Shown piece by piece: positions 57,223 to 63,799 of a stretch of DNA of 64,000 nt. Each line of letters starts with the position of its first letter. The stretch's first letter is position 1. The translations under genes and the position numbers were made by a program. The DNA is from Escherichia phage nieznany, in sequence record NC_052659.1; one strand, given 5' to 3'. The notes under the pieces were generated by a model that made no database searches, was not told the origin of the DNA, and saw only the letters and a list, made by a program, of their open reading frames with translations.

Positions 57223-59298
57223 TTATCTTTTACGGACACTATACGGTTGGTGAAATCCGCTGTTCATTCTACTGTATCCTGTAGGAGCATTTGTTGTTGT
57301 AGGGATAGCTACTGCTTTGAAAGTATTCTCTTTTGACAGAGTATTAAAACAAGAGGCAGCAGCATCGGGAATGTCATCTTTAATAGTGGCTGTAGATCTT
57401 TCACCATTGAAAGATTCCAATTCTTTATAAAAGTGGGTTAAAGTTTCCACATTAGGGAAAGAATCTTCAACAATATAAACAAAGCCGTTTTGACACGCAC
57501 TACTAAAAGGCATAAAACGCTGAAGCTTTTTCTTGTTACCTGGCATAGCATCTGGTTTAACAACAAAACCCTCTAGAATAAGTTTCTTTGCAGACTCTGT
57601 GTATTCTATTGTCCCAGCACCAGATGGGTCTTTAGGAAGCACTACTGTAACTTCTGGTCCATCAATCTTACATTGATTTAGAATCAGGTTATCCCTTTCC
57701 CCAGGTAGTCTTCGAAACCTTCCGAAAATTTTACTTTTCTCATCCACAGCATCATAATCATAGTCGCCAAAGATGTAGATATTACCATCTTGGTCTTTAC
57801 CCATTTTGACAGATGTTGTATAGTCTGGATAACGGTAAGTTTCTGTAGGAACTGAAACAGCTTTATCCCATGCTCGCATTAGTTTAAGATTGTTAGGAAC
57901 ATCTTTATAAGATATTTTATGTAACCATTCACGTTGAAAGAAAGATTCTTTCTGGATACGTGCAAACCAACAACCGTCCAGAAGCTGTGCTCTTTTTATC
58001 GCTGTTTGTGATTTAAGCTGTGCTAAGTAATTAGGGTTAAGCCTAATGAGTTCTGGGTTATCAAATATTGTCCCACCAATAAATACGAAAGTTTGTGGTT
58101 CAATAACAACTGTCTCCCCTGTATTAGGGTTTTCCATGAAACAGTTTTCTGGGTATTTTTCTTTCAGTTCTTCAGGTGTGTCAGCAAAAACAGGTTCATC
58201 GTTAACAATGATGAAATATTTTTGTTTACCACACATATCTTCTCTAGGATAACCACCCTCATCAAGATAAGGTAACACCCAATTCAAAACCCAACTATCT
58301 GCGTCAGGGTTACATGTGCACAACATGAAACTTGTTTCTGACTCTGAACGCATACGTCCCAGAAGATAGAGCATTTCATATTGTGTGAAGTGGGTTAACT
58401 CGTCAAAACCTACCATTGAATACTGTGTACCCTGATGGTTTGTTTCTGCTGTTACGTTATCATTTTCCAAATGGTCAAATTTGAGGGTTCCACCACCAGT
58501 GGCTTCAAAAATGATATCCATTGTACTTTCTTTTACGTGTGGTTGTAAAGGAAGATACAAACGTTTTGCTTCTGTAAACAGACCACCTGGTTTACGGTGA
58601 GCAGTGGTGTTCTTACGGAAAAGTATTCCACCAAACAAAGGGTCTTTGTAGGCGTATTTTAAAGCTTTCAGCAATAGCAGACGAGACTTGCCGCTATTCC
58701 CAGTAACGAAGCAGTGATCGCCACGTCTAAAGACAATATAGCTGCTTGGAGTCTCAAAACAATATTTCTTATCATCTGTTGAAATAACCTCGTGTATTTT
58801 TAAGTAAGTGCTCTTTTTACCAGGTATGTTAAAAGGAACACGTTTACCGAATGGATTTTCTACATAACCTTGCAGGGGTTTTCCTATTTGCTGTAATGCA
58901 ATAAGATCTCCTACAAGAATCTCGAAATGTTTCTTTGATTTCTTTTTCTTATAGAATACAAAACGGTGTTCCATACTAAGTTCTTGGAATAATCCTACAC
59001 CATTTGTTATTCTGTATAGGTTATCTCCATTTAAATCGTATTCTACAAAATAAGGTGTTACCAATTCTAAACGCTTATTCTTAGGATTGTATTGGTAAAT
59101 ATCCTCTCCCGAATATTCACTAATCTGCCTCCAACCATCTTTTGTAAGATATTCCGTTTCAGCAGAAACACATCCAGCGGCACCACCATAAATCATAACT
59201 TCTGGCATTAAATCCATTGCAAGAGTCTGTTTACCTGGTTGAGCCTTTACTTCAATATCTACTCCAGCTAAACTACCTGCTGCCTTTTTCTTTGCCAC
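57223..59298 (-). CDS. terminase large subunit, interrupted by a mini-intein in the Walker A P-loop
   Basis: Extein junction IYGGAAG|intein|SGKSRLLLLKA reconstitutes Walker A GGAAGSGKS; size and position upstream of portal. Confidence 0.8.
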   Translation of the reverse strand: MAKKKAAGSLAGVDIEVKAQPGKQTLAMDLMPEVMIYGGAAGCVSAETEYLTKDGWRQISEYSGEDIYQYNPKNKRLELVTPYFVEYDLNGDNLYRITNGVGLFQELSMEHRFVFYKKKKSKKHFEILVGDLIALQQIGKPLQGYVENPFGKRVPFNIPGKKSTYLKIHEVISTDDKKYCFETPSSYIVFRRGDHCFVTGNSGKSRLLLLKALKYAYKDPLFGGILFRKNTTAHRKPGGLFTEAKRLYLPLQPHVKESTMDIIFEATGGGTLKFDHLENDNVTAETNHQGTQYSMVGFDELTHFTQYEMLYLLGRMRSESETSFMLCTCNPDADSWVLNWVLPYLDEGGYPREDMCGKQKYFIIVNDEPVFADTPEELKEKYPENCFMENPNTGETVVIEPQTFVFIGGTIFDNPELIRLNPNYLAQLKSQTAIKRAQLLDGCWFARIQKESFFQREWLHKISYKDVPNNLKLMRAWDKAVSVPTETYRYPDYTTSVKMGKDQDGNIYIFGDYDYDAVDEKSKIFGRFRRLPGERDNLILNQCKIDGPEVTVVLPKDPSGAGTIEYTESAKKLILEGFVVKPDAMPGNKKKLQRFMPFSSACQNGFVYIVEDSFPNVETLTHFYKELESFNGERSTATIKDDIPDAAASCFNTLSKENTFKAVAIPTTTNAPTGYSRMNSGFHQPYSVRKR
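58696..59172 (-). mobile_element. mini-intein (159 aa) in terminase P-loop
   Basis: Cys1 codon TGT at 59170..59172, terminal Asn at 58696..58698, Ser+1; N- and C-terminal blocks homologous to the polymerase intein; no endonuclease domain. Confidence 0.65.
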
Positions 59299-59307
59299 AT
59301 TTCCTCC

Positions 59308-59652
59308 TTATTCAGCAATAATACCTTTTTCTTGCAGTGTTTTAATATATGTTTGTAAACCTAGAACCTTTCGTCTATCTTGCTCCCAAAGAGCATTGTT
59401 TTGAGTTTGGTTGTTAACAACTTCAGATCTACTAACCCCTTTTGCAATTTGATTTTTAGTGTATGGCACAGGTGTCGATACTTTATCCATCAAGTCCGAA
59501 TCTGGACCTTTAACCTTTTCTATGGCTACAGCCTTACACTCATCAATAAGAACTGGGGAAACTTTTGTTGATGATGAACAACCCGTCATCATTAGGGGCA
59601 AAGCAAGACATACTGCCAGAATTAGTTTTTGCATAATTCGTTGTATCCTCAT
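59308..59652 (-). CDS. o-spanin (Rz1-like outer-membrane lipoprotein)
   Basis: Signal peptide with lipobox LMMTGC; overlaps 3' end of i-spanin in another frame; alternative ATG at 59634. Confidence 0.5.
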   Translation of the reverse strand: MRIQRIMQKLILAVCLALPLMMTGCSSSTKVSPVLIDECKAVAIEKVKGPDSDLMDKVSTPVPYTKNQIAKGVSRSEVVNNQTQNNALWEQDRRKVLGLQTYIKTLQEKGIIAE

Positions 59653-59935
59653 TGATCGTTTGTTTCTTCTTCTCTAAATCTGCTTTTAATTGTGCATTGT
59701 TTTTAGACAAGTTGTTTATTTGAGTATTTAATAATGCTCTTTCTTCATCTGCTCTTTTTTGAAGAACATCAAAATCTTGTTTTGCTTTTGCTTGGGCTGC
59801 TTGATATACTTGCGTTTGATAGGCAACACCATCTTTGTAGCCAGACTCACGTATCTTGTTATAAGCAAACATTCCGGCAAGAATAAGAACAACAATTAAA
59901 ACAAAACTTAATACAGTTTTAGTCTTTAGATTCAT
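59543..59935 (-). CDS. i-spanin (Rz-like)
   Basis: N-terminal TM helix then periplasmic coiled coil; overlapped by o-spanin. Confidence 0.5.
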   Translation of the reverse strand: MNLKTKTVLSFVLIVVLILAGMFAYNKIRESGYKDGVAYQTQVYQAAQAKAKQDFDVLQKRADEERALLNTQINNLSKNNAQLKADLEKKKQTINEDTTNYAKTNSGSMSCFAPNDDGLFIINKSFPSSY

Positions 59936-60134
59936 TATCTTCTACTTCCTCATAAAATTTTATTTTAGGAAGAGAAGGGGCGTTGTTAACTATCTTCTTC
60001 ACTTCCATTGGTTGAGCCTCCGCTAGGATCTCTTCCCAAGTCTTCTCTGTCATCATAAAGTTCTTCCTCCAAGTTCCAAGCCCGTGTGTAATCATTCTTT
60101 TTATCTTTATGATAAGAAGAACGGTTAAAATCAT
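59919..60134 (-). CDS. hypothetical small protein
   Basis: ORF adjacent to spanins; start uncertain. Confidence 0.25.
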   Translation of the reverse strand: MILTVLLIIKIKRMITHGLGTWRKNFMMTEKTWEEILAEAQPMEVKKIVNNAPSLPKIKFYEEVEDNESKD

Positions 60135-60210
60135 TTTTAACTACAAAATTGCGCATATTTTATCCTCCTCATATCTGATCTTATCACAAAATGATATATA
60201 ATTGCAAGCA

Positions 60211-60248
60211 TTAAAAATAAAAAAGCCCCTAACCTTTCGGAGAGGGGT
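60211..60248 (-). terminator. rho-independent terminator (minus strand)
   Basis: GC-rich hairpin (CCCCT..AGGGG) with long A-run on plus side giving U-run on minus transcript. Confidence 0.5.
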
Positions 60249-60296
60249 GTTAAAAATAACAAGGAGGAGGGGCAAAGCCCCAAGAGAGGAGAGGGA

Positions 60297-60593
60297 TTAG
60301 ATTACGATCTTTTTAGGAACGTCATCTGTATTCTGCACGGCAGGGGTTTCTTCTTCCATAGCTTCATAATGTTCTTCTAACCATTCTTCTACTTGCTCTT
60401 TAATAGCTTTAGCTGCTTGGAAGCGGAGAGGTTTTGCTGCATCCTTATCATTAACAAGTTCAACAATATACCGCATAGCTTCTAAATAATGCTCTGCAAA
60501 TAATTCTTTTACACTTGCTTGCGCCGCATCCATTGCGTAAATCTGTTGCATTTCGGCTGTTGGTCTTCCACGACCACGTTTTAGTTTAGGCAT
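60297..60593 (-). CDS. small DNA-binding-like protein (possible terminase small subunit)
   Basis: N-terminal KRGRGRP AT-hook-like motif, helical acidic remainder; function is inference. Confidence 0.3.
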   Translation of the reverse strand: MPKLKRGRGRPTAEMQQIYAMDAAQASVKELFAEHYLEAMRYIVELVNDKDAAKPLRFQAAKAIKEQVEEWLEEHYEAMEEETPAVQNTDDVPKKIVI

Positions 60594-60613
60594 AATAAAA
60601 TCCTCCTAAACTT

Positions 60614-60642
60614 TATCTTAACATATAAAAAATAATAAGTCA
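60614..60642 (-). promoter_or_regulatory. sigma70-like promoter (TTGACT-17-TAAGAT), minus strand
   Basis: Plus AGTCAA 60637..60642 and ATCTTA 60614..60619; RBS and start 60593 immediately downstream. Confidence 0.3.
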
Positions 60643-60661
60643 AGTTTTATTCAATAGATAG

Positions 60662-60685
60662 CAAAAAGCCTCCAATAAGGAGGCT
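60662..60685 (-). terminator. rho-independent terminator downstream of tRNA cluster (minus strand)
   Basis: GCCTCC-AATAA-GGAGGC hairpin with A-run on plus side. Confidence 0.45.
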
Positions 60686-60800
60686 AATAAATACTGTTAA
60701 TTTGAAATGCTTTATTATAATTGTGCGTTAAGGAGTCGCACCCCTCCATCTTAGAAGGAACCAGGCAAGGTCTTCAAAGATACCGCTGGCAAGCGATATT

Positions 60801-60879
60801 TGGAGGCGGGAATTGGATTTGAACCAATGATCTCCAGCATATGAAACTGGCGAGGACGACCAGACTCCTCTATCCCGCT
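60801..60879 (-). tRNA. tRNA-Met or tRNA-Ile2 (anticodon CAT), CCA encoded
   Basis: Manual cloverleaf: acceptor AGCGGGA/TCCCGCC (1-72 mismatch), anticodon loop TTCATAT, T-arm ATTGG-TTCAAAT-CCAAT, discriminator U. Confidence 0.6.
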
Positions 60880-60885
60880 ATTAGG

Positions 60886-60955
60886 TATCCCGTGCTGGAT
60901 TCGAACCAGCATCACAATAAGCTGTGGAACTCTTATCCTGTAAGTCTAACGGGAA
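60886..60955 (-). tRNA. tRNA-like gene with non-canonical anticodon region (anticodon undetermined)
   Basis: Canonical T-arm GCTGG-TTCGAAT-CCAGC and 6-bp acceptor stem, but no D-arm and only a 5-bp stem with 10-nt loop where the anticodon arm should be. Confidence 0.35.
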
Positions 60956-60957
60956 AC

Positions 60958-61031
60958 TGGTTGTTTCGACAAGAATCGAACTTGTGTCTCACGATTATCA
61001 GTCGTGGGTTCTACCATTGAACTACGAAACA
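60958..61031 (-). tRNA. tRNA-Ile (anticodon GAT), CCA encoded
   Basis: Acceptor CGAAACA/TGTTTCG, D-arm GTTC-AATGGTA-GAAC, anticodon loop CTGATAA, T-loop TTCGATT. Confidence 0.8.
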
Positions 61032-61037
61032 TTAAAT

Positions 61038-61114
61038 TGGTCGGAATTGCAGGATTCGAACCTGCGACCCTACGCTCCCAAAGCGTATGCTCTACCAAAC
61101 TGAGCTAAATTCCG
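61038..61114 (-). tRNA. tRNA-Pro (anticodon TGG), CCA encoded
   Basis: Acceptor AATTCCG/CGGAATT, D-arm GCTC..GAGC, anticodon loop TTTGGGA, T-loop TTCGAAT. Confidence 0.8.
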
Positions 61115-61207
61115 TCATAACATTCTAAAGGTACACCGCAAAAGAAAGTGTTCGGCGGCTCCTCGTTTTTAACTTCACACTTGAGGTAGTGACTCACCTT
61201 TGTTATA

Positions 61208-61283
61208 TGGCTGGTCTGTCTGGATTTGAACCAAACCTACGACAGTCAAAGTGTCGTGTGCTACCGGACTACACTACAAACCA
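61208..61283 (-). tRNA. tRNA-Gln (anticodon TTG), CCA encoded
   Basis: Acceptor TGGTTTG/CAGACCA, anticodon stem CGACA/TGTCG, loop CTTTGAC, T-loop TTCAAAT. Confidence 0.7.
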
Positions 61284-61381
61284 ATAAATCATTTAATGAA
61301 GGGCAACCAGAAGAGGTGTGAGAGAAGGAGAAAACCATGAGTAAAAGAGAAAGTTTTCTGGCAACCCTTTATTAAATAATT

Positions 61382-61455
61382 TGGAGCGTTCTACGAGGAT
61401 CGAACTCGTGCCGCCGACTTGGAAGGACGGAATGCTACCGCTACACCAAGAACGC
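61382..61455 (-). tRNA. tRNA-Gly (anticodon TCC), CCA encoded
   Basis: Acceptor GCGTTCT/AGAACGC, anticodon loop CTTCCAA, discriminator U as typical of bacterial tRNA-Gly. Confidence 0.7.
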
Positions 61456-61466
61456 CCTACATCTTT

Positions 61467-61496
61467 ACTATACTACATTTTACTATTGGTTGTCAA
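61467..61496 (-). promoter_or_regulatory. sigma70-like promoter for tRNA sub-cluster 1 (TTGACA-18-TATAGT), minus strand
   Basis: Plus TGTCAA 61491..61496 within CTATTGACAA motif; -10 about 6 nt upstream of tRNA-Gly 5' end. Confidence 0.45.
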
Positions 61497-61771
61497 TAGT
61501 TTTATTGAGTGGGACAGTGACGAGTATCCCGTTGGGTGACTAGCCCTACGTTCGGTAAGCTAACTTAAAATAATACAAAACCAAAGTCAAATATTATTCT
61601 TCGTTGCTGTCGATGGGAGAGCCGCTTCTTCTTTTGCCCCATCCAACCCTACTCCGGTCAAGTTTCAGGTAACTCTTTTTGTGTGATCAACACAATACTA
61701 AGAACACTGTCTTTCGAACAGACCTTGTGCACAGGATACGACGATCAATCACAGTGCTCTTAATGTTGTGT

Positions 61772-61846
61772 TGGTGCTCCCACTCTGAATCGAACAGAGA
61801 TCCACGGATTACAAAACCGTTGTAATAGCCATTATACTATAGGAGC
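61772..61846 (-). tRNA. tRNA-Thr (anticodon TGT), CCA encoded
   Basis: Acceptor GCTCCTA/TGGGAGC, anticodon loop TTTGTAA, T-arm CTCTG-TTCGATT-CAGAG. Confidence 0.65.
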
Positions 61847-61852
61847 AAAGCT

Positions 61853-61929
61853 GGGACTCGGCAGGATTCGATACCTGCAATTCCAGAAGCCTCTTGGCGA
61901 CTGGGGGTTTACCTTAACTCTACAAGTCC
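61853..61929 (-). tRNA. tRNA-like gene with non-canonical T-loop and anticodon region (anticodon undetermined)
   Basis: 7-bp acceptor stem GGACTTG/CGAGTCC, T-stem GCAGG/CCTGC with 8-nt loop TATCGAAT, no clean 5-7-5 anticodon arm. Confidence 0.3.
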
Positions 61930-61936
61930 ATAATTC

Positions 61937-62023
61937 TGGCGATGAGTATAGGATTTGAACCTATATCGTTCTTTCGAACACGGATTAACAGTCCGCCGCT
62001 TAAACCATTCAGCCAACTCATCT
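61937..62023 (-). tRNA. tRNA with Asn anticodon (GTT) on a long-variable-arm scaffold, CCA encoded
   Basis: Perfect acceptor ACTCATC/GATGAGT, discriminator G, anticodon arm GCGGA-CTGTTAA-TCCGT, plus a 15-nt extra arm GTTCGAAAGAACGAT. Confidence 0.55.
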
Positions 62024-62028
62024 TAATT

Positions 62029-62116
62029 TGGTGGTGAGTGATGGAGTCGAACCACCCGAATCGCAATGATAACAGATTTACAGTCTGCCCCGCTACCCCT
62101 ACGGAATTAACTCACC
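62029..62116 (-). tRNA. tRNA-Tyr (anticodon GTA), type II, CCA encoded
   Basis: Acceptor ACTCACC/GGTGAGT, anticodon arm GCAGA-CTGTAAA-TCTGT, long variable arm, T-loop TTCGACT. Confidence 0.7.
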
Positions 62117-62245
62117 TAAATACTAATATTTAAATTCTTTTTAAAATAGCCAGTGTTCACACCACTAACTATGAGTTATCGGTAAGATGGTGGGGCCATC
62201 TGCCGAAAGTTTACTCTATTAAAGTAAGCCATATTAAAAAGAACT

Positions 62246-62331
62246 TGGCGGTAGATGTAGGACTCGAACCTACACGCCGTTTCCGACTACAGTTTAGCAA
62301 ACTGTCGTGGCTACCATTTCACCAATCTACC
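62246..62331 (-). tRNA. tRNA-Ser (anticodon GCT), type II, CCA encoded
   Basis: Acceptor ATCTACC/GGTAGAT, 3-bp D-stem GTG/CAC, anticodon arm ACAGT-TTGCTAA-ACTGT, 15-nt variable arm, discriminator G. Confidence 0.75.
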
Positions 62332-62336
62332 TAATC

Positions 62337-62427
62337 TGGCGGAAGGAGGGAGAGTCGAACTCCCAAGGCTCTTTCAAGCTCGGCGGTTTTCAAGACCGTT
62401 TTCGTCGCCACGTCGATTTGCCCTTCC
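62337..62427 (-). tRNA. tRNA-Ser (anticodon TGA), type II, CCA encoded
   Basis: Acceptor GGAAGGG/TCCTTCC, anticodon loop CTTGAAA, long variable arm, T-arm GGGAG-TTCGACT-CTCCC; D-region atypical. Confidence 0.6.
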
Positions 62428-62436
62428 ATACTTATA

Positions 62437-62465
62437 ATCTAACATAAAATAATGTTTGTTGTCAA
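62437..62465 (-). promoter_or_regulatory. sigma70-like promoter for tRNA sub-cluster 2 (TTGACA-17/18-TTAGAT), minus strand
   Basis: Plus TGTCAA 62460..62465 within CTATTGACAA motif; ends a few nt upstream of tRNA-Ser(TGA) 5' end. Confidence 0.4.
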
Positions 62466-62661
62466 TAGTTTTTTAAAACATTTTACCATGAATGGTGACT
62501 CCACCAACCCCCGTTCTCCACGAACGGTGCTCTTCGAGCATTTATGTCTTCTAATATAACCGTGGCCTTTGTTTATAATGTCTGACATACTTGCCTCATT
62601 CTCTGCCACCATGATCAGTAGTGGGTTCAAATCACTTGAGCTAATTCATGTTAAAATGTTC

Positions 62662-62736
62662 TGGTGTCTTTACAAGGAATCGAACCTTGACTAAGAGTTT
62701 AGAAGACTCCTGTGCTATCCATTACACCATAAAGAC
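62662..62736 (-). tRNA. tRNA-Arg (anticodon TCT), CCA encoded
   Basis: Acceptor TAAAGAC/GTCTTTA, D-arm GTGT..GCAC, anticodon loop CTTCTAA, T-arm CAAGG-TTCGATT-CCTTG. Confidence 0.75.
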
Positions 62737-62738
62737 GT

Positions 62739-62813
62739 TGGTGGCCCTGGCTGGTTTCGATCCAGCTACCTATCGGTTATGAGCCGACAGCTCTCCCATT
62801 GAGCTACAGGGCC
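62739..62813 (-). tRNA. tRNA-Met, elongator-type (anticodon CAT), CCA encoded
   Basis: Perfect acceptor CAGGGCC/GGCCCTG, D-arm GCTC-AATGGGA-GAGC, anticodon loop CTCATAA, atypical T-loop ATCGAAA. Confidence 0.65.
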
Positions 62814-63022
62814 ATAAATGTGGTAACAGAGACGCTGACGATTGTAGAGAACCGCTACATTCTCTAAGACCAAGCCCAACTTTCAGCGTAAAAGTTCTTG
62901 AGCCGAGACTGTTCCTTTTCCTCTTTGGTAGCTAACCTCTGAAGAAGTAGTCTCTAACACTACCGCAGTGCAAGCCCCTCTTAACAAAAGTCAACGACAC
63001 TGTTACCACACTTGATGAACGT

Positions 63023-63052
63023 ATCCTAACATATGAAGGATACGTTTGTCAA
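63023..63052 (-). promoter_or_regulatory. sigma70-like promoter for tRNA sub-cluster 3 (TTGACA-18-TAGGAT), minus strand
   Basis: Plus TGTCAA 63047..63052 within CTATTGACAA motif; -10 TAGGAT in the same ATG-TAGGAT context as plus-strand promoter at 19719. Confidence 0.4.
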
Positions 63053-63059
63053 TAGTTAT

Positions 63060-63308
63060 TTAAGCATATTCTGCTACTTCTTCACTATCTTTCTTTTCCA
63101 GAAGAGCAACAACCAAAGCTTCTGCGTTAAAAGTATTAATTTCAAGATCCATCTCTCGCATCAGAGCCAAGAAATCAATAACTTTAACATCTTTAGTGAT
63201 TACAATAGAAGTTGTACCATTGTTTTCAGATGTGTATTTTTCTGGATGGAAAAGAAAAACTGCATTGCCGTTACCATCTTCAAACACGTGTTTTTCTAAT
63301 AGAGACAT
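63060..63308 (-). CDS. hypothetical protein
   Basis: ORF with RBS AGGAGG before ATG 63308. Confidence 0.35.
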   Translation of the reverse strand: MSLLEKHVFEDGNGNAVFLFHPEKYTSENNGTTSIVITKDVKVIDFLALMREMDLEINTFNAEALVVALLEKKDSEEVAEYA

Positions 63309-63316
63309 TGTTCCTC

Positions 63317-63568
63317 CTAATCTGTTAGTTGTTCGTCCTCTACCAAGTTTGACACGAGAACGTCTGTTATATATTGATGCTGATAAACCCTTTCGGGACT
63401 ATCATCAAAAGCCAAACCTGTGCAAATAGAACAGAGGTCTGATTCCTTGATGACTCCATTTTTATCACGTCTGGAGTGGTTTGTCAAATGCCTATTACAA
63501 GCACGGCACCTAAAATAAAAGCTATTTTGCATATATCCTTCGAACCCCAAATGGGGAGTGATCGGCAT
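63317..63568 (-). CDS. putative zinc-ribbon protein
   Basis: CRACNRHL...CSICTG Cys pairs. Confidence 0.35.
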   Translation of the reverse strand: MPITPHLGFEGYMQNSFYFRCRACNRHLTNHSRRDKNGVIKESDLCSICTGLAFDDSPERVYQHQYITDVLVSNLVEDEQLTD

Positions 63569-63605
63569 CTCCTCACTTCTAGTTTAGCACGAAGGATATC
63601 TTAAG

Positions 63606-63791
63606 TCAACTAGGAATAATTTTATCCCTTTTGGTTTCATAACCAGTCCAATCTAAATCCTCCCAGCCTTCATCATCGTCTAACACATTGTCATCATCAT
63701 AAGATGCAATGTTATAAATAGAACGTGGATTACAAGACATACAATCTTTAATAGGCACATGATGCCATTTGCACGGATTCTCACTAATCAT
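63606..63791 (-). CDS. hypothetical small protein
   Basis: ORF with RBS GGAGG before ATG 63791. Confidence 0.3.
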   Translation of the reverse strand: MISENPCKWHHVPIKDCMSCNPRSIYNIASYDDDNVLDDDEGWEDLDWTGYETKRDKIIPS

Positions 63792-63799
63792 TGCACACC

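Noticed and set aside
59919-60134. Holin assignment for the small ORF upstream of the spanins
   Set aside because: Only a short N-terminal hydrophobic stretch of about 10 residues followed by a hydrophilic acidic sequence; insufficient for a transmembrane holin.
61728-61746. Possible plus-strand tRNA T-arm (GTCT-TTCGAAC-AGAC)
   Set aside because: No complementary acceptor stem could be found at the expected distance on either strand; treated as an isolated hairpin.
62439-62630. 63-aa minus-strand ORF between tRNA sub-clusters, and a T-arm-like hairpin AGTGG-GTTCAAA-TCACT near 62612..62628
   Set aside because: The ORF has no SD and overlaps the promoter for the adjacent tRNA group; the hairpin has no matching acceptor stem. 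Neither is supported as a gene.
60801-62813. Initiator tRNA-fMet among the two CAT-anticodon tRNAs
   Set aside because: Neither has the three consecutive G-C pairs in the anticodon stem typical of bacterial initiator tRNA; 60801..60879 has an unpaired 1-72 position but is otherwise elongator or Ile2-like.
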